A stretch of 64,000 nt of DNA from Alphaproteobacteria bacterium (GCA_964291285.2 OZ219785.1:576001-640000), one strand, 5' to 3'. Shown: positions 1-9,667, numbered from the stretch's first letter. A program made the numbers and translations. Notes: generated from the letters alone by a model not told the origin.

Positions 1-2
1 CC

Positions 3-2774
3 GATACGCCGGGAGTGACGGTGTCGACGGCGGCGCTGACGGTGGCGGAAGGCGGCAGCAGGACGTACACGATGCGGCTGAACACGCCGCCGACATCGGA
101 TGTGACGATAACGGTGGGCGGCGCGTCGGGGGACGTGACGGTGACGGGTTCGCCGCTGACCTTCACCCGGACCGACTGGAACCAGCCGCAGACGGTGACG
201 GTGAACGCCGGCACGGACACGGACACGGTGACGGACGCCGACGTGACGCTGACGCACAGCGCGTCTGGCGGCGGTTACGCCTCGGTGAGCATTGCCGATG
301 TGGTGGTGCGCGTGGCGGAGAAGGATGCGGCGCCGTTGAAGCCGGCCGGCCTTGCCGCCGCGGCGGGCAACGCTTCGGCAACGCTGACCTGGACCGACCC
401 GGACAATCCGACCATCACGAAGTGGCAAGTCCGGCGGAAGGCCGGCAGCGGTGAGTGGGGCGAGTGGGAGGACATTCTTGGCTCCGGTGCGGGTACCACC
501 AGTCACGAGGTCAGCGGGCTGACCAACGGCACCGCCTACCAGTTCGAGGTGCGCGCGGTGAACGGGGCCGGCAACGGCGCCGGCCCGGATGCGCCGGTAA
601 CGGCGACGCCTGTGGCGCCGGCGGCTCCCGCGCCGCCGTCCGGCGGAGGCGGCGGCGGAGGCGGCGGCACGACCCCCGCCGCAGACGGAAGCGTGACGGT
701 GACGCCGACCGCGCTGAGGGTGTCGGAGGGCAGCAGTGCGGCCTACACGGTGGTGCTGGATACGGAACCCTCGGGCGATGTCACGGTGACGGTGGGCGGC
801 GCGTCGGGGGACGTGACGGTGGAACCGGCGAGCCTGACCTTCACGACCACCAACTGGGACACGGCGCAGACGGTGACGGTGCGCGCGGCCCGTGACGAGG
901 ACACGGTGGACGACACGGCGACGCTGACCCATGGTGCGAGCGGTGGCGGCTACGGTTCGGTGACCATCGATCCGGTGGCGGTGACAGTGACGGACACGAC
1001 GCTGTTGCCGGTGCTGACGCTGGCGCAGGACCCGGCGGCGGTGACCGAGGGCGACGACATCCGCCTCACGGTGACCGCCGACCGGGCATTGACGGGCAGC
1101 CTGACGGTCAGCCTGACGCTGTCGGCGCGCAATGCCAGCGGCTTCGATGCCGGTGACGTTCCGGGCGGTCCGGGGCCGCGTTCGTTCGATGCGGTATTCG
1201 GCGCCGCGGGGCGCACCACGGGGGTGGTGACGATCCCGACGGCGGCCGATGCGGATACGGAGGGGGCGGAAGCCTACCGCATCACGCTGAACGACGGTGC
1301 GGACTACGCGGTGGGGAGCGACGCGACGGCTGCGGGCGTGCTGCGCGACCGTGCGCCGGGGTCCGTTGCACGGTCGAACCGGGTGAATGCGGCGGTGCTG
1401 CCGCATGTGGCGGCGGCGGCGATGTCGCGGACGCTGGGGGCGGTGACGGGTCGGATCGAGGCGGCGGCGTCCGGCAGGCCGGGCAGTTCGCTGCGGTTCG
1501 GCGCCCTGCCGTCGTCGCCGGTCGGGTATGCCCGGGCCGCCCGGTCCGCGCCGCCGCGCCCTGAGGAGCCCGGCCCGACCCTGAGCGAGATACTGGACGG
1601 GGCGTCCTTCACGCTGGCGGCGGGCGCCGACGGCGAGGCGTCCCCGCCGCCGTTGGCGGTATGGGGCCGGGGCGAGTGGCTGTCGCTGTCGGGTTCGGAG
1701 AAGGATGTCGCCTGGGACGGCGGCCTGTGGTCGGCGCAGCTGGGGGCGGACCTGCGGGTGCGCCCGGACCTTCTGGCCGGGGCGGCGCTCTCCCATGCGC
1801 GGGGCGAACTGGACACGCGGACGACCGGCGCCGCCGGCGGCCGGGTGAAGGGCGTGCACGAGACGACGATCACGTCGGTGCATCCCTATGCGGCGTGGTT
1901 GCTGCCGGACGGCTCGACCCTGTGGGCGAGCCTCGGCTACGGGACCGGCGAGGTGCGGGTTGCCGAGGAGGGCGCGCCTTCGCGCAGTGCGGACCTGACG
2001 CAGTGGAGCGCGTCCGCGGGCGGGCGCAGCGTCCTGGTCGAGGATGCGGAGCTCATGGCGGGCGGGATGACGCGCCTTGCGGTGAAGGGCGAGGGTTCGG
2101 CGTCGCGCCTGCGCACGGGGTCCGATGACGGCCTGGCGGGGCTGACGGCGAGGACGACCCGTCTGCGGCTGCTGCTGGAGGGCTCGTACGAGCACGCGCT
2201 GGCGGGCGGTGCGACGCTGACGCCGGCGCTGGAGGCGGGGGTGCGCCATGACGGCGGCGACGTTGCCGAAGGGGCGGGCCTCGAGGCCGGGGCGGGCGTG
2301 ACCTGGCATGACCCGGCGGCGGGTCTGACGGCGGAGCTGCGCGCGCGGCTTCTGGCGGCGCACGAGGCGGACCGCGACGAATGGGGCGTGAGCGCGCTGG
2401 TGCGCCTCGACCCCGGGGCCGACGGGCGCGGGACGTTCCTCGCCTTCGGTCCCGCGCACGGGCGCACGGAGAGCGGCCTGGACCGGCTGTTCGACCACGG
2501 CCTGCCCGCGGCGGCGGACAGCACGGCGCCGGAAGGGGCGGAGAGCCGCCTGGAGGCGGAGGTGGGCCACGGGTTCGGCCTTGCCGGTCCGGGACCGCTG
2601 GCGGTGCTCACCCCCTGGGCCGGCCTCAGCCTGGCGGAGACGGGCGGGCGCACCCTGCGGCTCGGCGCGCGCTACCGCATGGGCGCGGGGCTCTCCCTCG
2701 GCCTCGAGGGCGCGCACCGGCCGGGCCCGGCCCCCGAAGACAGCCTCATGCTGCGCGGCGCGCTGCGATGGTAG
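3..2774 (+). CDS. Autotransporter-like surface protein, 5'-partial: Ig/Calx-beta-like repeats, an FN3 domain, a Pro/Gly linker and a C-terminal beta-barrel
   Basis: Frame is open from the window edge. Two copies of a VTV..LTV.EG....YT..L...P..DVT.TVGGASGDVTV...LTFT...W...QTVTV module; FN3 motif (LTWTDP...ITKWQ...VSGLTNGTAYQFEVRAVN); C-terminal barrel ending in the aromatic ...LRGALRW. Confidence 0.85.
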   Translation, partial: DTPGVTVSTAALTVAEGGSRTYTMRLNTPPTSDVTITVGGASGDVTVTGSPLTFTRTDWNQPQTVTVNAGTDTDTVTDADVTLTHSASGGGYASVSIADVVVRVAEKDAAPLKPAGLAAAAGNASATLTWTDPDNPTITKWQVRRKAGSGEWGEWEDILGSGAGTTSHEVSGLTNGTAYQFEVRAVNGAGNGAGPDAPVTATPVAPAAPAPPSGGGGGGGGGTTPAADGSVTVTPTALRVSEGSSAAYTVVLDTEPSGDVTVTVGGASGDVTVEPASLTFTTTNWDTAQTVTVRAARDEDTVDDTATLTHGASGGGYGSVTIDPVAVTVTDTTLLPVLTLAQDPAAVTEGDDIRLTVTADRALTGSLTVSLTLSARNASGFDAGDVPGGPGPRSFDAVFGAAGRTTGVVTIPTAADADTEGAEAYRITLNDGADYAVGSDATAAGVLRDRAPGSVARSNRVNAAVLPHVAAAAMSRTLGAVTGRIEAAASGRPGSSLRFGALPSSPVGYARAARSAPPRPEEPGPTLSEILDGASFTLAAGADGEASPPPLAVWGRGEWLSLSGSEKDVAWDGGLWSAQLGADLRVRPDLLAGAALSHARGELDTRTTGAAGGRVKGVHETTITSVHPYAAWLLPDGSTLWASLGYGTGEVRVAEEGAPSRSADLTQWSASAGGRSVLVEDAELMAGGMTRLAVKGEGSASRLRTGSDDGLAGLTARTTRLRLLLEGSYEHALAGGATLTPALEAGVRHDGGDVAEGAGLEAGAGVTWHDPAAGLTAELRARLLAAHEADRDEWGVSALVRLDPGADGRGTFLAFGPAHGRTESGLDRLFDHGLPAAADSTAPEGAESRLEAEVGHGFGLAGPGPLAVLTPWAGLSLAETGGRTLRLGARYRMGAGLSLGLEGAHRPGPAPEDSLMLRGALRW

Positions 2775-2805
2775 GAGAATGCAGGCCCGGCTCGGCTGAG
2801 GGCGT

Positions 2806-3330
2806 ATGGTGATTCATCTCACCGACATTTGGCCGATACGGGAGCCGGCTCTCTACAAGCTGCACTTCGCCCGCTGCAACCAGTCCAACCAACCGCTCGA
2901 CGTTTTCGTTCGCAGCCGGGAAGAATGGCAAGGCTGGCAGGAGCATCGACCGAAAAACAACGATTTCAACCGCCCGTATATCTTCTCGGTGATCGATTTC
3001 CATCGGGAGCCTGACATCTGGTTGTTCGGCGGTGTGTGGGAAGTCGTGGAGCGGCTGCCGGACAGATATGTCGTATCGCTGACCGAACAGGGCCGCGGCT
3101 TCATCGGACGCCTCAAACTGCATTCTCCCTGGCGCCAACGGGGAACCCGCGTGAATTTCGAGAAACGCCTGGACGAATTCACGGTAAGCGAAATTCTCAA
3201 GGAGGAGTATTCCGGGATCGATTTTCCGGGCCATGACCGGATCGACATCGGTTTCGGCGAGCTCGAATCGCTCATCTGCAACGACCGGCCCGATTGGCGC
3301 GGCGCCCTGGAGAACGCAAAGGGCGTTTAT
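2806..3330 (+). pseudogene. GIY-YIG nuclease family protein, truncated by an IS at the start of its nuclease domain
   Basis: N-terminus (YKLHFA...WQGWQ...W.FGGVW.V...IGRLK) resembles uncharacterised GIY-YIG proteins. Translation runs W..AL.N.KGVY and then enters the IS terminal repeat (PKSGS*). Confidence 0.7.
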
Positions 3331-5026
3331 CCTAAATCCGGCAGTTGACAGGCTTGATCGCTGTCTCGGGGTAGTGTGAACGGTCGGATTTGGGCGTGGA
3401 TTTCAGCACGCGGTCGCGGCCCTGGGTGGCGGCAGCCAGGGTTGACGCCCCGGTTCGCGGCCATGGAGGTATTTCCTGAGCGCCTCGGCGAGGATGCGGC
3501 GCCAGCGATCCCCGGCGCTCAACTGCTCCGCAGTTTGCGTCAGCGACCGGAAGAAGCCGGCGATCCGGCGCAGCGCCGCCATCACCGTCTTGCGACGCCC
3601 GTGATGGGAGGTCACCGTCAGCCGGGTCTGGCCGGCGTGGTGGGTCTGGCGGGCAACCCCGTGCAGGAGCAGCGGCCGGCTGGTGATCGCCTCGCGGTGA
3701 TGGTCGGGGTCGGCGAGGCGCACGAACAGGCTCCACCAGTTGTAGATGAGCGCGACCAGCCGGGCCATGTGCCGGCAGCGCGTCAGGTCGCGCGTGGTGA
3801 AGCCGCCCCAGCCCCACTGGTTCTTCAACTCGTTGAAGCCGTTCTCCGCGTCCGCCCGGTCGCGGTAGAGCTGGGCCAGCGAGCGTATCTCCAGGTCCAG
3901 CGAGGTCGCCAGCACCGCGAACTCCCATACCCCGGTGCCGGGCTGCGCCCCGGTCCAGAACAACTCGCCCCGGGCCTTGTCGCCACGCGTCAGCGCCAGC
4001 GTCGCAGGAAGCCGCCGGCGCAGCACCACAACCCGGCGCGTCCGGCTCCAGCCCTGCAGACGCAGATCGGCCCCGATCCCCGACCAGCCCTGGCCCGCAT
4101 CCTCCCAGCCGTCCCGCGCCATCAGACGCTCGGCAAGCCGGCGCGCCCCCTTCGTCAGGCGCAGCTTGAACAGATAGTCCGGACCCGCAGCCTCGCACGA
4201 CGCCATGTTGGCCTCGCTGCCCCAGTCCTTGTCGCCCCGCACCAGACGCGGCCAGCGATCCCGACCGAGACGGTCGAGCAACGCCCACAAGGACGGCGCC
4301 GCGCGCCTCGAATGGTGATGGTTGCCCGGCGCCACCTCGACATCAAGAACAAGCCGCGTCCCCGCCATCAGGAACGCATGGCAGGCATGCGAGGGGCGGC
4401 CCGGCTTCTTCGGGTTGTAGCTCACAACCGCCCCCTCCTGACGACCGTAAAGCGGCTTGATCGTCGTGTCGCAGTCCAGAACCCACGGCTCCCTCAGCAG
4501 CGGACGGACCACCTCGTCCAGATGGCCCTGAAGCCACGATGTGCCGGCCTCCGCACCGATCCGCTCCAGACCGCGCCGCACCGAATCCTCGCTCGCAACC
4601 TTGTCCATTCCCAACAGCGCAGGGTTCACTCCGTCGCCGCGCAACGACGTGATGTGCGCATACCGCGATTGCCCCGCCAGAACCGACAGCAGCACCGTAC
4701 CCAAGACATCCCGCTTCGACGGCGCGTTCGGGCTCGTGTACCGCAGCGGGCAGTCCGCAACCAAAGCGTCAAAGCGACCGCTCACCTTCAGGTATTTCGC
4801 GAAAAACGCCAGATGCCCCAGCGGCGTTACCGCCGCGTCCGGGTCCCATTCCACATGAACCGCGCCGCCGAAGGTGTCCACCTTCACCGACGCTCGGGCG
4901 ACATCCCGCACAGCGCCAGGATAATCACCCAAAGGGTGAGCCTCTTCGGCCCCTGAAAAGCCGCTCATACCCGCAGACTACAAGGGATTCGGCAAGGCCA
5001 AGCCATCCTCAACTGCCGGATTTAGG
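3331..5026 (-). mobile_element. IS1380-family insertion sequence (1696 bp)
   Basis: Perfect 18-bp terminal inverted repeats cctaaatccggcagttga (3331-3348) and tcaactgccggatttagg (5009-5026), enclosing a single DDE transposase. Confidence 0.88.
3403..4968 (-). CDS. IS1380-family DDE transposase (exact start uncertain)
   Basis: Motifs LDCDTTIKPLYGRQEGA, LVRGDKDWG and YRDRADAENGFNELK. Confidence 0.85.
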   Translation of the reverse strand: MSGFSGAEEAHPLGDYPGAVRDVARASVKVDTFGGAVHVEWDPDAAVTPLGHLAFFAKYLKVSGRFDALVADCPLRYTSPNAPSKRDVLGTVLLSVLAGQSRYAHITSLRGDGVNPALLGMDKVASEDSVRRGLERIGAEAGTSWLQGHLDEVVRPLLREPWVLDCDTTIKPLYGRQEGAVVSYNPKKPGRPSHACHAFLMAGTRLVLDVEVAPGNHHHSRRAAPSLWALLDRLGRDRWPRLVRGDKDWGSEANMASCEAAGPDYLFKLRLTKGARRLAERLMARDGWEDAGQGWSGIGADLRLQGWSRTRRVVVLRRRLPATLALTRGDKARGELFWTGAQPGTGVWEFAVLATSLDLEIRSLAQLYRDRADAENGFNELKNQWGWGGFTTRDLTRCRHMARLVALIYNWWSLFVRLADPDHHREAITSRPLLLHGVARQTHHAGQTRLTVTSHHGRRKTVMAALRRIAGFFRSLTQTAEQLSAGDRWRRILAEALRKYLHGREPGRQPWLPPPRAATAC

Positions 5027-5419
5027 GTCATGTTTCCCGTGCCGGACGGTCATGCGCTGCGGCCGTTCCGGGCATAATGGCCGTCGGTTCCGCCGGGGGT
5101 TCCGGGTTTCTCTCCGGGGTCTTCCGTCTCCTGACTCCGGGCATGGCGTTTCTCCTTTTTGCTCCCGTTCGGTTCCCGTCGCCCGCCGGCAGCGGGACCC
5201 TGATTCGCGCGTAATGTGCGCGCGCCGGCGCGCGCGAGCCGGCCGCAGGGCGCACGTCTCCCGTCCGCTCCGAGGGAGGTCTTTACGCACCGACGTGCCT
5301 GCAAGCGGCCTCCGGATGACGCCTGCCGGCACCCTATCTGGCCGCGCACCGACCCTGTGCCAAGACATCACAAAGAATTATTTCAAATATAGCGAACATT
5401 CCTGATTCGGCACCCCGCC

Positions 5420-5707
5420 TCACCGTGTTCGAGCGCGCGTCGGACGCGGCCGATCATTCTGCGCAAGGCGATGCGCGCGCATTTCGGCGGCCGGGGCTAT
5501 GACGACATGCTTGCCCGGCTCAGGCTCCGCCAGGCCTATGGCCGGCCGGTGCGCCGGCGGAACGACAGCGGCGTGTTCGTGCTGCTCGACCCGGGAATGC
5601 CGTCACGCCTCGCCGCCGCCTTTCCCGCATGCGTCGCGCTGGAGCGCGTCGGGCCGGCGGAGGGTTGCGGGGCGGTGCGCGGCTTTGTGGGGAAAGGCGG
5701 GGTGTAG
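5420..5707 (+). pseudogene. Degenerate 3' fragment of a DinG/YoaA-family ATP-dependent helicase
   Basis: AHFGGRGYDDMLARLRLRQAYGRPVRRRNDSGVFVLLD matches DinG helicase motif VI (QA.GRLIR...D.GV..LLD). No upstream coding part is present. Confidence 0.7.
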
Positions 5708-5766
5708 GCGGGCGCAAACTCCTTTCGCCTCCCTGCCCAGAGGCCTCGCGGACGACCGCTCCCCGC

Positions 5767-6273
5767 TTAATCCAGCACCACGGAATCGAAAAGCGGCGTC
5801 AGAATATCCCTGATTCGCGAGGCGCAAACGATGAGAAAATCGCTTCTTCCGTCTGCAACCGCTTTGCCGTCAGAGTCGAATTCTCTTCTGTTTACAACTT
5901 CCTTGCCGTCGAATTCAAATTCATGTTCTCGATAGGTTTCAAATCTTCCCAGCACGATGGTCAATTTGTCTATTTCCCCGGCTTCCCTGTATGCAGTCAG
6001 GGAGAATTCTTCACATGAATAACAATCAACAATAATGTCACGAATGTCGTTGATCGGGAAGGAAATTTTCTCACCGGTGCTAATGTAATCCGTGTCGAGG
6101 TACATTCCGGGCTCCGAATCGCCTTCGTCCACGCAAAGGTGTCCTGGAGAAAACGAGATGCAACAGGCCCGGTTCTCGTTTGCCGCCACGTATTCATAAC
6201 CCCATGCACTGTCCGGGTCGGTCAACTTGTACAGCGTGAACTCGGGCGAAAGGGCAGGGTTTTTCATGGTCAT
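5767..6273 (-). CDS. Hypothetical acidic protein (168 aa)
   Basis: Lower-GC ORF with ordinary amino-acid composition and an upstream GGAG; no recognisable motif. Confidence 0.6.
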   Translation of the reverse strand: MTMKNPALSPEFTLYKLTDPDSAWGYEYVAANENRACCISFSPGHLCVDEGDSEPGMYLDTDYISTGEKISFPINDIRDIIVDCYSCEEFSLTAYREAGEIDKLTIVLGRFETYREHEFEFDGKEVVNRREFDSDGKAVADGRSDFLIVCASRIRDILTPLFDSVVLD

Positions 6274-6399
6274 AACCGCTCCCGGAATTTCTCAGTCGGC
6301 CAAAGATAGTCCTTCAAACGGCTGGATGAATCCGAAATTATGTCGATTGTTGTGCCGAATCAAGTCAGATAACGAAGCGGGGACGGTATTTTCGCAACG

Positions 6400-6548
6400 T
6401 CCCGAACCGCGCTTTCGGTCGAACCCGGGGCTTCAGCTCGCCCCGGATGGACCTCGTGCCGCAGCCGGTCCCTGTCCTTGGGACCGGATGACAGCCGGTG
6501 CCGAGGCTGATACCTTCCGGCCGAAGCGTATCCGGGGCTCGGTCGGGA
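6400..6548. repeat. Nested palindromic (REP-like) stem-loop element
   Basis: Nested pairs 6400-6409/6540-6548, ccccggat 6441-6448/atccgggg 6530-6537, 6452-6461/6496-6506 and ccggtccc 6465-6472/gggaccgg 6480-6487. Confidence 0.55.
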
Positions 6549-6567
6549 GCCGCTGTGAGGGACAGGC

Positions 6568-6798
6568 ATGGACATCAGTTCCGAACTGGTTGCAATCCTT
6601 GGCGTCGGAATCGCTCTGGCCGGGTTGATGCTGGCCGGGCAGCAGAGGACCGACAAGCGCATGGACCGGCTTGAGGACCGCCTGATCGCCGTCGAAAAGG
6701 GCCAGGCGCGAATGGAAGGCAAGCTGGGGTTCATCGAAAACTATATCCTGGGCCGGAACGCCGCCCCGGACGAACGGGCGGAGGCCCCGGCGGAATAA
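6568..6798 (+). CDS. Small membrane-anchored coiled-coil protein (76 aa)
   Basis: N-terminal TM (LVAILGVGIALAGLML) followed by heptads (MDRLEDRLIAVEKGQARMEGKL). Confidence 0.7.
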   Translation: MDISSELVAILGVGIALAGLMLAGQQRTDKRMDRLEDRLIAVEKGQARMEGKLGFIENYILGRNAAPDERAEAPAE

Positions 6799-6862
6799 TT
6801 CTGCTCGAACTCGCTTTCCCACAAACGAAAATGCCTTCCGGGCTTCCGGAGGAGGAATCGCC

Positions 6863-7615
6863 ATGACCGAATCCAACGACCGCACGAAACTGCGCGAGGC
6901 CGGCGCTCGGCTTGCGGAAGAGCTGGGGCTGCCGGTGCCGTCGGGCGCGCCGGGGCTGGACGCCTTTGCGCTGGAGGCGGGCTTCGGCTCGCTGCTGGCG
7001 GACCCGGCGCTGCCGCCGGCCGACCGCATTGTGGCGGTGCTCTCCGCGCTCGCCCAGAAGGACCGGCAGGGAGACATTGCCGCGCACATAAGGCCCGCGG
7101 TGAAGGCGGGGCTGGACGCGCGCGAAATCCGCGAGATTTTCGTGCAGTGCGGGCTCTATGGCGGGCTGCCGATGGCGGCGCATGCGCTGAGCACGCTGAA
7201 CGCGCAGCTGGGCTACCCGGACCGGGAGGAGGAAGACGCGCGCGACCTCGCGGCGCTGGAGGCAGACGGGCGCGCCACGATGCACGGGCTGCACGGCGAG
7301 CGCGCCGAGACGGGCTATGCCGCGCCCGGCAATGCGGGGTCCGCCGGCCTCTACCGCATCGCGATCCTCTACGGCTACGGCGCGATCTGGCACCGGCCTG
7401 GCCTCTCGCACCGGCGGCGGATGATCGTGGCGCTGGCGAGCATGGCGGTGCTGGGCCTGCACGACACGCTGGCGAAATTCGCCGCCTCCGCGCGCGCCAT
7501 GGGCCTCACGCCGGCCGAGATCGCGGCTGCCATCGCCCAGACCGCGCCCTATGCCGGCTTCCCGCCCGCCCTCAACGCGCTCGGCCGCCTCGCCGAGGTG
7601 CTGGCGGAGGATTGA
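6863..7615 (+). CDS. Carboxymuconolactone decarboxylase (CMD/AhpD-like) family protein with two CMD domains
   Basis: Two repeats: EIREIFVQCGLYGGLP and EIAAAIAQTAPYAGFPPALNA; YGYGAIWHRPGL; strong RBS GGAGGAGG. Confidence 0.85.
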   Translation: MTESNDRTKLREAGARLAEELGLPVPSGAPGLDAFALEAGFGSLLADPALPPADRIVAVLSALAQKDRQGDIAAHIRPAVKAGLDAREIREIFVQCGLYGGLPMAAHALSTLNAQLGYPDREEEDARDLAALEADGRATMHGLHGERAETGYAAPGNAGSAGLYRIAILYGYGAIWHRPGLSHRRRMIVALASMAVLGLHDTLAKFAASARAMGLTPAEIAAAIAQTAPYAGFPPALNALGRLAEVLAED

Positions 7616-7668
7616 CGGCGCGGCGAAGATTCAGAAGATTGGCAGGGCAGATAGGAGAGCATCGACGT

Positions 7669-8286
7669 ATGAAAATGCCCATCTGGATCGCAGCCGCAAT
7701 GATGACTGTTGCGCTCGCCGCCTGCGGGCCGGCGGGCAAGACGATAGGCAAGACCACCACCGGACAGCGCACCTACAATACCGAGTGGCGGGAGATCGAC
7801 CCGGGCCGTGTGTTGATCGATTTCGGAAAACTTGACGGCGCTGCCGTTACCTGGACGGAAGAAAGGACCAGGGACAATGCGATCGTGCAGCAGCGCGTGT
7901 ATTTCGACGGCCGGGGCTTTGTCTATCTGGAGCATTTGCTGGGCGCGTTCGCAGTTTACAACGTCCAGGTGACGGACAGGCACAACGACATGTCGAAGCT
8001 GGCGGACAAGTATTTATCCAGATTCAATATCCCGGCGGCGGACATGGAGAAGGGGCGCATCCGCAAATACGGCAGCCGCGGAGGCTGGGTCGGCAGGGCG
8101 ACGGAAAAGGGAACCGGGGCCGACTGCATTGTCTCCAGAGTGGCTTTCCTGAGCAGGGCCGACAAGAACCGGGGAGCGGACGAACGCTACGACACCGTCG
8201 TCTCGTTCCACGATTGCTCAGGCAAGCGGTCGTTGGAAGAGGTCAGGGAGTTCCTGAACGGACTCAGGATCGTTTCACGCGCGTAG
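7669..8286 (+). CDS. Uncharacterised lipoprotein, paralog 1
   Basis: RBS AGGAG; lipobox LAAC; colinear similarity to 9668..10294. Confidence 0.8.
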   Translation: MKMPIWIAAAMMTVALAACGPAGKTIGKTTTGQRTYNTEWREIDPGRVLIDFGKLDGAAVTWTEERTRDNAIVQQRVYFDGRGFVYLEHLLGAFAVYNVQVTDRHNDMSKLADKYLSRFNIPAADMEKGRIRKYGSRGGWVGRATEKGTGADCIVSRVAFLSRADKNRGADERYDTVVSFHDCSGKRSLEEVREFLNGLRIVSRA

Positions 8287-8307
8287 CGCCGCCCCTCTCT
8301 GCCGCGC

Positions 8308-9540
8308 TCAGACCGCCCGCGGGTTGAGGCCGAGGCTGCGGGAGCGCAGGTGGAGCATGGCGATCAGCGTGAAATTCATGGCGTTGAAGGCGACGCCCGA
8401 CAGGAAGGCCGGCGCATAGGAGCCGGTCACGTCGAATATGTATCCGGCAAGCGTGCCGCCGATCGCCATGCCGGCGCCCGCGAACATGTATTGCGCGCCG
8501 ACGCGCCAGCCGATCTCCGAAACCGGGAACCAGAGGCGCAGCAGCAGCGGGTAGCAGGGCATGATGCCGGCGAAACCGAGACCGAACAGGAGCGCGGCGA
8601 CGTAAAGCCCCGTCAGGCTCTCGACCATGGAAAAGACGACCATCATGACAAGCTGGCACAGGGACCCGATCAGGAGCGTCGGCGCCGCGCCGATGCGGTC
8701 CGACAGCATGCCGAAGGCGATCCGGCTGAAGAAGCCCGCCACCATCAGCACCGACAGGATTTCCGCCCCCCGCTCCTCCGCATAGCCGAGGTCGGAGGTG
8801 TGGGCCACCAGATGGACGATGGGCATGGACATCGCCCCGCAGCAGCCGATCACGGCGAGCCAGAGCGCGCCCTGCACCATTTCCGGCGGCCAGTCCAGCA
8901 CCTTGCCGCCCCGGGCGGCCGCGAGGCGGACCGGCCCGGGCGGCGGGGCCGGCGGTTTCGGGCGGATGAGCCAGCAGAGCGGCAGCATCGTCAGCGCCGC
9001 GAAAACGGCGTAGTAGAAATAGGTTTCCTGCCAGCCGACCGTCCGTTCGAGATGGCCGAAGACCGTCGGCCAGACGGCGCCGGCCAGCCCCTGCCCCGAT
9101 GCGATGATGGCGATGGCGAGCCCGCGCCGCCGGTCGAACCAGCGCGTCGCATTGGCGACGAGCGGCGCGATCATGGCCGACTTGCCGAGCAGGCCGATCA
9201 GGAGGCCGTTCGCGATCCAGAACCCCCAGCGGTCGTCCGACTGGCTCGCCACGAGGCTGCCGAGGCAGATCATGACGGAGCCGAACAGGATCGGCTGGAG
9301 GATGCCGCGCCTGTCCATCCACCAGCCCATCGCGACGCCGCCGATGCCGGTGCCGACCATCAGGAGCGAATAGGCGAAGGAGGGCACCCAGCGCTCGCCG
9401 CCGAGATCGGCGGCGATGGGCTTGAGCGCGACGAAGAGCAGTGTCGGCGCGCCGAGCGCGATGGCGTTCAGGATGAGCGACGCCCAGACGACCACCCAGC
9501 CGTAACGTACCTCGACGCTGGAAAACTGATGGTCGGACAT
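8308..9540 (-). CDS. MFS transporter (OFA/MCT-like)
   Basis: About 12 TM segments; motif A (GWWMDRRG, GMLSDRIG); WFDRRRGLAIAI. Confidence 0.9.
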   Translation of the reverse strand: MSDHQFSSVEVRYGWVVVWASLILNAIALGAPTLLFVALKPIAADLGGERWVPSFAYSLLMVGTGIGGVAMGWWMDRRGILQPILFGSVMICLGSLVASQSDDRWGFWIANGLLIGLLGKSAMIAPLVANATRWFDRRRGLAIAIIASGQGLAGAVWPTVFGHLERTVGWQETYFYYAVFAALTMLPLCWLIRPKPPAPPPGPVRLAAARGGKVLDWPPEMVQGALWLAVIGCCGAMSMPIVHLVAHTSDLGYAEERGAEILSVLMVAGFFSRIAFGMLSDRIGAAPTLLIGSLCQLVMMVVFSMVESLTGLYVAALLFGLGFAGIMPCYPLLLRLWFPVSEIGWRVGAQYMFAGAGMAIGGTLAGYIFDVTGSYAPAFLSGVAFNAMNFTLIAMLHLRSRSLGLNPRAV

Positions 9541-9667
9541 GAGGGCTTGGCGCTCCTGCGGGCCGCGGCCGGATACTCGGGGCGGCGGCGGCGCAGGCCG
9601 CGCCGCTTGACTTCGCCGGACCGGCGCACGACGGTTCGCCGCGCGAATTTCGATTGGGAAACAAGAC

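Noticed and set aside
7147-7668. N-terminal extension of the 379-aa ORF
   Set aside because: It overlaps the CMD gene out of frame. The real start is 7669 (RBS plus lipoprotein signal).
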